From the NCBI GenBank assembly GCA_028711065.1, contig JAQTSY010000005.1, positions 7,656 through 71,655 of the forward strand: 64,000 nt of DNA, read 5' to 3'. The position numbers were made by a program, and so were the translations under genes. The notes under the pieces are model-generated. The model was given only the letters and a program-made list of their open reading frames with translations, ran no database searches and was not told the origin of the DNA. Numbering within the stretch: the first letter of the stretch is position 1; each line of letters begins with the position of its first letter. Shown here piece after piece: positions 56,375 through 64,000 of the stretch. This stretch comes from Minisyncoccota bacterium (lineage in GTDB: Bacteria; Patescibacteriota; Minisyncoccia; Phycocordibacterales; JAQTLZ01).

Positions 56375-57055
56375 TTATAGAATATATTTGCCATCTTTAT
56401 CGTCTCGAACGATCTTGCCCGTATCCATGGTAATTACCCTGCCTCCCACAGAATCAACCACTCCTCTATTATGGGTGGTGAGAATAACCGTTGTACCGAG
56501 TTCATGGATCTTCTTCAAAATCTGGACAATGTCGAGCGTGTTTATGGGATCAAGATTTCCAGTCGGTTCATCGGCGATCAAAATATCGGGTTGATTGACT
56601 ATCGCCCGAGCGATAGCTACACGCTGTTTTTCCCCGCCCGAGAGCTCTCGCGGGAAATTCAATACTTTATCGCCAAGCCCCACAAGCTCAAGCACATGGG
56701 GAACATCAGCGGCAATTTCTTCATCTGTTCTTCCCGAAGCTTCCATGGCGAACGCAATATTTTCGTAGGCTGTTTTGTCAGGAAGAAGCCTGAAATCTTG
56801 GAAAACTGTGCCGATTCGGCGACGAAGCTGGCTTACCTCTTTTCTCCTGAGCCTCTGAAGATCGACAGATTCGAGAAAAACCCTGCCGGAAGTTGGCCTC
56901 TCTTCAGCAAATATCATCTTGAGAAGGGTCGTTTTGCCCGCGCCAGAATGTCCGACGATAGATACAAATTCTTTAGGGTGTACTTTAAAACTCACATCCG
57001 AAAGAGCCACTGAATTATCGCCATATACCTTCGAGACTTTTTCAAAATATATCAT
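56375..57055 (-). CDS. ftsE: Cell division ATP-binding protein FtsE
   Basis: GHSGAGKTT, LRRRIGTVFQDFRLL, LSGGEKQR. Confidence 0.95.
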   Translation of the reverse strand: MIYFEKVSKVYGDNSVALSDVSFKVHPKEFVSIVGHSGAGKTTLLKMIFAEERPTSGRVFLESVDLQRLRRKEVSQLRRRIGTVFQDFRLLPDKTAYENIAFAMEASGRTDEEIAADVPHVLELVGLGDKVLNFPRELSGGEKQRVAIARAIVNQPDILIADEPTGNLDPINTLDIVQILKKIHELGTTVILTTHNRGVVDSVGGRVITMDTGKIVRDDKDGKYIL

Positions 57056-57155
57056 GAAAGAAAAGCTTCGCGAGTTAGAGAAGCCCCTTTAGTTTAACAT
57101 GTTTTGCATCCATGCCAAACCTCTTTTATAGACTATCGGAACCGAAAAAATCCTT

Positions 57156-58037
57156 TTAAAGAGCCTTTTCTGCTTCGATAAAAAGATCGAGGTCGCCTGC
57201 AAGCACTTTGTCAGCATTCGAGGTTTCTGCTTCGGTACGATGATCTTTCACCATCTTGTACGGATGGAGCACATACGAGCGAATCTGGCTTCCCCATTCA
57301 ATATCTGTTGAAGAGCTTATTGCCATCCCTTTTTCTTTTTTCTTCCTGTCATCTTCCTGTTTTTTGTAGATCTTCGCTTTTATCATTGCGATAGCTTTCT
57401 CGCGATTTTGCTGCTGGCTTCGCTCGCTCGTTACGTGCACGGAAAATCCTGTTGGAATATAGACTGCACGAACCGCAGTCTCCCGCTTATTCACATTTTG
57501 TCCTCCAGGACCGCCAGCTTTTGCAGTTTCAATTTTAATATCCTGCGCAGGTATTTCGATCTCATCCATTTTTTCGAATTTCGGCAAAACTTCAACAAGC
57601 GAAAAGGAAGTTTGTCGTATGCCTTTTGCACCAAAGGGTGAGATGCGAACGAGACGATGCACTCCCGATTCATTCTTCAGCGTTCCGTACGCCCCCTTCC
57701 CTTCAATCTCGAAGGAAATATTGCGGTATCCGCCGTGGTCATTTTCATTTTGAGAGAGAATTGTCATTCCCCATCCCTTTTTGTCGGCATATTTGGTGTA
57801 CATCTGAAAGAGCATTCCAGAAAAATCTTCCGCGTCATCTCCGCCGGCGCCGGAAAAGATGGTGATGATAGCATCGCCCTTGTCGAATTTCCCCACACCA
57901 GAAAGCTCCTCTTTGAGCGTTTGGATTTCTTTAATGACCACCTGAGCCCGATTTTTGTCAGCCCAAAAATCGGGCTCTGACATACTCGCCTCGAGTTCCC
58001 TTATTTTCTCTTCTTTTGTCTGTTTTATTTCTGGCAT
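57156..58037 (-). CDS. prfB: Peptide chain release factor 2 (short form)
   Basis: [35 protein letters not shown]. Confidence 0.93.
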   Translation of the reverse strand: MPEIKQTKEEKIRELEASMSEPDFWADKNRAQVVIKEIQTLKEELSGVGKFDKGDAIITIFSGAGGDDAEDFSGMLFQMYTKYADKKGWGMTILSQNENDHGGYRNISFEIEGKGAYGTLKNESGVHRLVRISPFGAKGIRQTSFSLVEVLPKFEKMDEIEIPAQDIKIETAKAGGPGGQNVNKRETAVRAVYIPTGFSVHVTSERSQQQNREKAIAMIKAKIYKKQEDDRKKKEKGMAISSSTDIEWGSQIRSYVLHPYKMVKDHRTEAETSNADKVLAGDLDLFIEAEKAL

Positions 58038-58047
58038 ATTTTTCCGG

Positions 58048-58120
58048 AGCCATCCCCGAGGATCGAACTCGGGACCCCCACTTTACGAAAGTGGTGCTCT
58101 ACCAACTGAGCTAGGATGGC
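58048..58120 (-). tRNA. tRNA-Thr(CGU)
   Basis: GCCATCC/GGATGGC acceptor, CCACT-TTCGTAA-AGTGG anticodon arm, GTTCGATC; followed by CCG rather than CCA. Confidence 0.95.
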
Positions 58121-58124
58121 GATA

Positions 58125-58393
58125 TGGAGCCGATGTCCGGGATTGAACCGGAGACCTCGTCATTCATCTATACCTTTATTTCACCTGACTGGGCTTATAA
58201 AAGGATTAGACTGTATCTTGCGCATACCTTTTCGGTTTAGCGTCCCTTGTCAGTCGTTCGAGCGCGTAGAGCGCTACGGTCTTATCCACTTGAATGGACT
58301 TTAACCGTAATTCGGGTTTCAACATTTCGTTTCCAAAATGAAGGGCAATTTTTGTTTACCAATGACGTGCTCTACCAACTGAGCTACATCGGC
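58125..58393 (-). tRNA. tRNA-Thr(GGU), intron-containing (exons 58393-58358 and 58164-58125)
   Basis: The joined exons give GCCGATG/CATCGGC acceptor, CGTCA-TTGGTAA-TGACG anticodon arm, GTTCAATC and CCA. Confidence 0.92.
58165..58357 (-). ncRNA. Group I self-splicing intron, 193 nt, no ORF
   Basis: The 5' exon ends in U paired to G in P1 (GGUAA/UUGCC); P7 GACUG/CAGUC with S element AAGAUACAGUCUA; terminal G. Confidence 0.9.
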
Positions 58394-58458
58394 TTATAAA
58401 TTCACATGTAAAGAACTACGTAAGAATAGTCTATTTATGCTACATTTTCAATCAATAC

Positions 58459-58481
58459 AAAAACCGCCTTCGGGCGGTTTT
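58459..58481. terminator. Bidirectional intrinsic terminator
   Basis: AAAAACCGCC-TTCG-GGCGGTTTT. Confidence 0.85.
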
Positions 58482-58513
58482 CGTACATCTCTCTAAGATG
58501 GAAATCAAAGATT

Positions 58514-61180
58514 TTACTTATCCACTTCCGAGGGTACGACTTTGCAGTTTGCTGTGGCAGTTTGTGTCACTCTGTCACCGTCCCGCACGGGATTCGGCGA
58601 TTCCACTCCATTCCAAGAAGTACATGAGAGTGAGTAGACTTGCGCATTCTGAATCCCTCCACTCACATTAGACGCTCGAGCGTCAGAGAACTTAAATCCT
58701 GGAGGAGGAATGACAACAGCATCTCCTTTTGTCGCAGAGAAATTAGCATTTGTCGAATCGAATCCGACCCCAGTTATGGTGCAGGTTGGAGTATAATTGC
58801 TTTCGAGATTTGTCAGAAGATTACATTGATCGCCTTTCGGAATGAGCGCTGGATCTGCTCTGAATGTCATATTTTGAATCACCGCAGGAGCTGGTCTCGG
58901 TACACATACGTTGTTGACGATAATATGGTCATCAAAATCACACGGAGGTGGTGTTGGGGTTGGCGATGTGGCACAGCTATTGTCTGCTTCGCATCCCGGC
59001 GTCGGGGTAATCTCATCCGTAGGTGTTGGAGTAGGACCGTCATAACTACAAGGTGCTGGTTCTCCTTCGTTGTTAGCATTGGCATCGGTACAGAGATCGT
59101 CATACGTACAGTCTCCCACTTCACCGTTATTGTTCGCCTGTGAATCGGTACAAACATTCTCCGCGGGAACAGTAATAGTAAGATGGAAATCGGTAACCCC
59201 CACTCGTTGTCCCAGATTCACTTTATTCGTCACCCTACCGACAATATCGTTGTCTCCTGGGGTAGTCGGCATATCAAATGGTCCGAAAGAGAATGTGGAC
59301 TGGCTTACGATAAACGAATGTCCCGAGGCTCTTTTTGTTTTCGTCTTGAGTGCTGCCGGCACAGAATTCCCGGGCACGCTCAGAAGTTCCGCTGTAATAT
59401 CTCCAGGAGAGTTTCCGCAAGCAGGGCTGAAGACAGAAAGAAGGACGGTGAATTTCGTACCGTCGGCACTCGGTACCACTGTGCCATATACTGCAGGAGC
59501 GATTTCATGAGCGGTCGCTTTTCCATTTTTCTGATTCACGCTTTCAGTACTATCAACATCAGCCGGCGGCACCCCCAAGCCTGCCTCTACGCTTGCAACA
59601 ATATCTTCCCAGGCTGGTTTTTTGCCTTTTGCAACTTGTTTTGTCGTTGCAGCAAATACTTTCTTCCCATCCACTTTCAGAAAAGTAGCGAGAATGGGTT
59701 TCGATGCTGCCTTCGCCGCCTTCTTTGCCGCTGCAGCATCTTTTCTTGCTTGAATTGCCGCCGCCCTCTCTGCCGCAGTCAGGGCTGCCACATTGGAATT
59801 TCTACTCGCAATTCCATTTACCGCTTTCAGTGAGGGAGACCCGCCAAAGAATACAAGACCTAAAACTCCGACCGCGAAGAGAAGTACAAGTGCTGTTGGT
59901 TCTACTTTTTTCTTGAAGACAGCGATCACAATCAAAATCCCCAGAAGAACGATGCCCCCAACTACCACGATAGGCAGAATAGGCAATCTATTGGCTTCCT
60001 TTATAAGTGCATTTGCCTTTTCCTCATCATAATTGCTCGATAAAGGCTGATTATAAGAAGAAAGAACTGTACCGTGAGAAGAAAGGGTTGCTTCTACCCG
60101 TAAAGCTTTTGCGGCTACGTCTGCTTCAATCTGAACAGCCTGAGCAATAGAATCACTTAAATCTATAGTAGTTGGAGCGTTTTTTCCGACAAGCTCATCT
60201 TTCTCATTAAAAAGTAAGATGCTTAGCTGTGCTGTACCCGTCGCAATACTCTCTCCCGTTTCAATATCATAAGGAACACCGGTAATGTTTGCTACAAGAG
60301 AGATGGTGTCTCCAGGCTGTGCAGAAGTTGTCTTGGCAGTAATCGACTGAATGCTGCCGATATCCCCCGCTACGATGTAGCGAAACGATACTGTCGGAGC
60401 TCTCGCAACGCCACTCTGATCAAGAAAAGAAACGCTTCCTGCATACACCCCACCGGCATAATTAAAAACCGGCAACAAAAGAGTCGCTGTTTTTCCGCTC
60501 TTTGCGGGCAGATCAAGAGGAGTCCCGGTTTGCGTGGTGAGTTCTTTTCCAAGCATTGATTTTTCAAAGATTGAAACGTGAGGGGTAACAGAAATCGCGG
60601 TGGTGCCAGTATTAGAAAGAGCGACAACTAACGAAATTGACTGATCTCTTTTCACTACCGGACCTTCCTGCACGCCAAATTGTCTCTGTCCAATCGCCAC
60701 ATACGCATCAGTCACTTTTGCAAAAGCGCTTCCGCCAGTTACCGTGATGAGAGCATCTTTCCAGCCCATAGGCACGCCACTCTTTAAAAAGTTTTGAATC
60801 TGAATGCCAAGATTGGTACCGCTTATGGCTTCAGGAAGTTTGTAAGAAAAAGGAACACTTCTGACTTCTTGCGCTTTCAACGAAATCGGTCCGAATGTTT
60901 TTGTGTCGTAATTGTCTGTCGGAATTCCATCTTGATAATTCCCCATGAGTGAAATGGTGTAAGAGATTTGAGATACAGCGAATGCGTTGGCATTTACGAT
61001 AGTAAACGTACCAACAACAGTGTCCCCGCTTTTAAAAGAGTCGGAAAGAAGGTTGATATTAGCAACATTCACTTGCGGATTGTCGAGATAGTCGTCAGCA
61101 AAGACAGGAGATGCCGACTGGACAAAAACAGAGCCAGTGACCAAAAGAGAGAGAAGAGATACGAAGAATAGTTTTTTCAT
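58514..61180 (-). CDS. Large surface protein (888 aa): signal peptide, Ig-like beta domains, two central TMs, Cys/Pro-rich C-terminal part
   Basis: Signal peptide, beta-rich N-half, TM hairpin, Ala/Lys-rich stretch, CTDSQANN/CTDANANN repeats, PT linker. Confidence 0.85.
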   Translation of the reverse strand: MKKLFFVSLLSLLVTGSVFVQSASPVFADDYLDNPQVNVANINLLSDSFKSGDTVVGTFTIVNANAFAVSQISYTISLMGNYQDGIPTDNYDTKTFGPISLKAQEVRSVPFSYKLPEAISGTNLGIQIQNFLKSGVPMGWKDALITVTGGSAFAKVTDAYVAIGQRQFGVQEGPVVKRDQSISLVVALSNTGTTAISVTPHVSIFEKSMLGKELTTQTGTPLDLPAKSGKTATLLLPVFNYAGGVYAGSVSFLDQSGVARAPTVSFRYIVAGDIGSIQSITAKTTSAQPGDTISLVANITGVPYDIETGESIATGTAQLSILLFNEKDELVGKNAPTTIDLSDSIAQAVQIEADVAAKALRVEATLSSHGTVLSSYNQPLSSNYDEEKANALIKEANRLPILPIVVVGGIVLLGILIVIAVFKKKVEPTALVLLFAVGVLGLVFFGGSPSLKAVNGIASRNSNVAALTAAERAAAIQARKDAAAAKKAAKAASKPILATFLKVDGKKVFAATTKQVAKGKKPAWEDIVASVEAGLGVPPADVDSTESVNQKNGKATAHEIAPAVYGTVVPSADGTKFTVLLSVFSPACGNSPGDITAELLSVPGNSVPAALKTKTKRASGHSFIVSQSTFSFGPFDMPTTPGDNDIVGRVTNKVNLGQRVGVTDFHLTITVPAENVCTDSQANNNGEVGDCTYDDLCTDANANNEGEPAPCSYDGPTPTPTDEITPTPGCEADNSCATSPTPTPPPCDFDDHIIVNNVCVPRPAPAVIQNMTFRADPALIPKGDQCNLLTNLESNYTPTCTITGVGFDSTNANFSATKGDAVVIPPPGFKFSDARASNVSGGIQNAQVYSLSCTSWNGVESPNPVRDGDRVTQTATANCKVVPSEVDK

Positions 61181-61362
61181 TATTTTTTATGAGCTCTTTA
61201 AAAACGCCGACGAGACGTTCTTTTTTTCTCTTTTATTATACCGTGATACCCTACTGGGACAAAGGAAAGCTGTGGAAAGAAAAAAGCTTAGCTGACTTCA
61301 TTTAAGAGCAAAATTGTGCTACTCTCTCGTATGTTCAGGCACAAGATCGCGATATTTAAAAT

Positions 61363-61433
61363 GTCGGTGTAGTTCAATGGTAGAACGAGGGACTCATAAG
61401 CCCTAGACAGTGGTCCGATTCCACTCATCGACA
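61363..61433 (+). tRNA. tRNA with CAU anticodon (elongator Met or Ile2)
   Basis: GTCGGTG/CATCGAC acceptor, CTCATAA loop, AGTGG-TCCGATT-CCACT T-arm. Confidence 0.85.
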
Positions 61434-61481
61434 CCTTTTTGCGAAAGAGCAGTAAATCTGCTACATTTATATTCCACGAAT

Positions 61482-61556
61482 GCGGCTGTAGTTCAACGGT
61501 AGAACGCTCCCCTGTCACGGGAGAGGTCGTGGGGTCAGCACCCATCAGCCGCGCCA
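61482..61556 (+). tRNA. tRNA-Asp(GUC)
   Basis: GCGGCTG/CAGCCGC acceptor, CTCCC-CTGTCAC-GGGAG anticodon arm, GCCA end; atypical T-loop GTCAGCA. Confidence 0.9.
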
Positions 61557-61558
61557 AC

Positions 61559-61580
61559 AAAAACCCCGAAAGGGGTTTTT
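61559..61580 (+). terminator. Intrinsic terminator after tRNA-Asp
   Basis: AAAAACCCC-GAAA-GGGGTTTTT. Confidence 0.8.
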
Positions 61581-61583
61581 CGT

Positions 61584-61819
61584 TTGGCGCGGCTAGAAAG
61601 CGCGGGACGCTTTCGTGATGGGTGCTGACGCCCCGATGAGTAGATTTTGTCGCGCGAAGGCGCGAACAAAATCTCCATCGGGGATACTGTTCCCGTAGGG
61701 AAAAGCACCCGTGGGTGCTGACGACCTTTTGAGCCTAAAATTTGCGAAGCAAAATTTTAGCCAAAAGGTGTACTGCGGCTGTAAGCCGAAGCGCCCATCT
61801 AATTAAAAGCACCCATCAG
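61584..61819 (+). ncRNA. tRNA-Asp-associated tandem structured repeat (two units of the same motif as at tRNA-Gln)
   Basis: Units at 61616-61711 and 61712-61799: TGGGTGCTGAC-G-[8-bp stem-AGY-hairpin-C-stem]-RTACTG-[5 bp-GTA-5 bp]-AAGCRCCC. Confidence 0.7.
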
Positions 61820-61863
61820 TCAACCGACCACATTCAAAAATTATTTCCTGCTATAATGAATCA

Positions 61864-62235
61864 ATGAAAAAAGTACATATTGAAATAGCACTAAGCGCGA
61901 TGTTTGTCGTTTTGGGTACTCTTTTTGTCTACAGCCGCCTAGTCGGATTCAATATTTTTTGGAACTCCCAGGTCATTTGGAGCCTTGTACTTGCTTTTGG
62001 TTGGGTAATTGTAGCCATCGGATATTACAACCAGGGCTGGATAGTCCACACAAGTAAAAGCGCCGATCATGTTTCGATTATTCTGCCCGTGGCGGTTTTC
62101 ATCGTCCAATGTGTTCTTTTTGTAAAAGGTATTTATTACCACGATTGGTCTCTCACTACTGGCGCGGTTATGGTAAATTCAGGAGTTGTCTTCAGCTTGT
62201 ATCAAATTTTGAAAGTGAGACGAAAACGAAGATAA
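61864..62235 (+). CDS. Small 4-TM membrane protein
   Basis: Hydrophobic 123-aa ORF with TATAAT just upstream. Confidence 0.65.
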   Translation: MKKVHIEIALSAMFVVLGTLFVYSRLVGFNIFWNSQVIWSLVLAFGWVIVAIGYYNQGWIVHTSKSADHVSIILPVAVFIVQCVLFVKGIYYHDWSLTTGAVMVNSGVVFSLYQILKVRRKRR

Positions 62236-62898
62236 TCACTCCAGGACAGTCACGGTACTCTCCGAAAGAGCGAAATCCTTTTTGAAAAAGACTTGGGCAA
62301 TATGATGAATCGAGTAGGTAATGAAAAATGCTGAAAGTACATCAATCGTGTAATGGAGATGCGCGAGAAGCACTACGCCTCCAAAAAAGATCGCGGAAAG
62401 CACAAAAAATATTCTGAGGAACTTATTCTTCCAGAAGATGAGAGCCATAAGAAACGGAATGCCTGTGTGAGCGGAAAAGAAGAGATCTCCGCCAAAGGTA
62501 AAATCATACACGATACTCTGCGGACTCACATCGAGCATAGCGTGTGCTGGAAAAGGACCGATATGAGTAAGAGTAATAAAAAGTGCGCGAATGGCTACAA
62601 AGAGAGCTATGCTTTTGAGCGTAAATGGAATTTTCTGCGGGGCGTAACTTATAAGCACCAAAGCTATGAATATCCAAAAACTGACAAACCCATAGATAAA
62701 AAGTCCATCAAGATCATAGCTTCGGGTATTGCTCAAAATGATATCGGTAACCGAACTGCTCGCCTTCTCTGCCGCATAAGTGCCGGCATAAAAATTGATG
62801 AAAAGACTTCCTATGAGCAATAGAAAACCAAGAATTACAGAAAAAAGAAATCCTTTATTCTGAAGACAAAGTCTGTATTTTCCAGTAAATGTTTTCAT
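62236..62898 (-). CDS. PAP2-related (sphingomyelin-synthase-like) membrane phosphatase/transferase
   Basis: GDLFFSAHT and HLHYTIDV catalytic motifs; 6 TMs. Confidence 0.82.
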   Translation of the reverse strand: MKTFTGKYRLCLQNKGFLFSVILGFLLLIGSLFINFYAGTYAAEKASSSVTDIILSNTRSYDLDGLFIYGFVSFWIFIALVLISYAPQKIPFTLKSIALFVAIRALFITLTHIGPFPAHAMLDVSPQSIVYDFTFGGDLFFSAHTGIPFLMALIFWKNKFLRIFFVLSAIFFGGVVLLAHLHYTIDVLSAFFITYSIHHIAQVFFKKDFALSESTVTVLE

Positions 62899-62951
62899 AA
62901 AAAGAATTATCTTATCTTACCCCATGACAGATGTTCTTCAAAACAGTGAAA

Positions 62952-64000
62952 TCATCTCACATCTTTATATTCCTTTGTCACCGGCCTGTGAAGAACCGCC
63001 TCTGAAAGAAAATTGGAGACATAGAGTTTCGCGGTTTTTATAATTCCATGATGAGTAAGGCGCCGGCCGGAGGTATGCATAGCGAAACTTGGCTTGAATT
63101 TTACTTTGCCAAACTTATACGCCCGCCTAGCGATATCAGTATCTTCTCCGTAAAATTCGATCGAGGTATCGAAGCCTCCCATTTTCTCAAGTACCTCTCT
63201 CCGAATCACAAAATTACCTCCCACAAGCATATAGCGAGTGAACAGATATGCCGGATAAGCAAGTATCATCCACCAAAGAGAGACGAGGGTTCTCTGCCAC
63301 ATCGGAAGATCGTAATAGATATAAGGGCCGCTTAATGAGGCGAGATTTGCATTTTTTTCAAACTCCCTGAGAGCTGATTCGATCCATCCTGCGGACATTT
63401 TGGTGTCAGCATCAATATAAGCGATAATGTCCCCTTTTGCTTCTTCAAATCCGCGCTGGCGGGCTCGAGTAAGTCCTTTCCTCTTCTCATAAACCACCCT
63501 AACGCCGGGAAAACCCTCCGCGATATCTTTTGTCCTGTCGGTACTTGCGTTGTCGATCACAATAATCTCGAAGAATCGGTCTTTTGAATTCTTCTTCACA
63601 TGCTCCAAACATACTCCAATATGCTTTTCTTCATTATGAGCACAGATGACGAGACTCGAAGAAGGTTGCTTATTCTGTCGGCGAGTGGAATACTCTTCTA
63701 TTCCCTTGCGGAAAATTTCCTCCCAAGCATCTGCGATTTTTGATGGAGCAAGTTCGTGTGTGTAGGCAATACCAGCTTCTCCCATTCTTTTCGCTACTTC
63801 ATTATTCTCAAAAAGGAATTTGATTTTCTCTGCAAGCACCTCGTCATCATTTGGCTCGATCTGGTAGCCACACTCCGGTTTCAAATATTCTTTGAGTCCA
63901 TGTGCACTCGCTCCGATAGACGGAAGACCTGTGGCGAAAGCTTGCATGAGAGCGAGAGACTGAGTTTCAGCAGTGCTCATGATGACAAAAATATCAGATG
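62952..64000 (-). CDS. GT4-GT2 fusion glycosyltransferase; 5' part lies beyond the window
   Basis: The frame is open to the window edge (SDIFVIMSTAETQSLALMQAFATGLP, GT4 C-domain), followed by a GT2 domain (ICAHNEE, IDNASTDRT, YIDAD, GEDTD). Confidence 0.88.
   Translation of the reverse strand, partial: SDIFVIMSTAETQSLALMQAFATGLPSIGASAHGLKEYLKPECGYQIEPNDDEVLAEKIKFLFENNEVAKRMGEAGIAYTHELAPSKIADAWEEIFRKGIEEYSTRRQNKQPSSSLVICAHNEEKHIGVCLEHVKKNSKDRFFEIIVIDNASTDRTKDIAEGFPGVRVVYEKRKGLTRARQRGFEEAKGDIIAYIDADTKMSAGWIESALREFEKNANLASLSGPYIYYDLPMWQRTLVSLWWMILAYPAYLFTRYMLVGGNFVIRREVLEKMGGFDTSIEFYGEDTDIARRAYKFGKVKFKPSFAMHTSGRRLTHHGIIKTAKLYVSNFLSEAVLHRPVTKEYKDVR

Noticed and set aside
61288-61560. 90-aa minus-strand ORF, and similarly 52691..53023
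   Set aside because: These overlap tRNA genes or structured repeats and are spurious.
61616-61799. Hammerhead ribozyme (CTGACGA / CCGATGAG look-alikes)
   Set aside because: No GAAA follows stem II, and CTGAC is simply antisense to the tRNA T-loop; it is absent from the tRNA-Gln copies.

Overview
This window is most likely chromosomal DNA from a Candidate Phyla Radiation bacterium (Patescibacteria, Parcubacteria-like). That is an inference from the archaeal-type UMP kinase, bifunctional PGI/PMI, short RF2, TrpR-like HTH, CPDGS Cys-motif protein, scarcity of Shine-Dalgarno sites and standard stop codons. It carries sugar and glycogen metabolism genes, an ECF-sigma/MacAB-type operon, many small redox/stress genes, pyrG-ftsXE-prfB and five tRNAs. 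Highlights: (1) a cobalamin-type riboswitch with promoter and terminator heading an operon with no B12 link (acidic disordered protein, N-domain-less Clp AAA+, coiled-coil protein, 165-bp inverted-repeat element, VirD4/TraD-like ATPase); (2) four copies of an unrecognised covarying structured motif, in tandem pairs downstream of tRNA-Gln and tRNA-Asp and framed by pieces of each host tRNA's own T-arm; (3) a 193-nt group I intron in tRNA-Thr(GGU); (4) a bacillithiol cluster with a half-size BshC; (5) a TrpR-like gene bracketed by two 36-bp perfect palindromes; (6) a four-gene phosphohydrolase operon; (7) a cohesin-dockerin pair. All calls come from reading motifs by eye; no searches were run.
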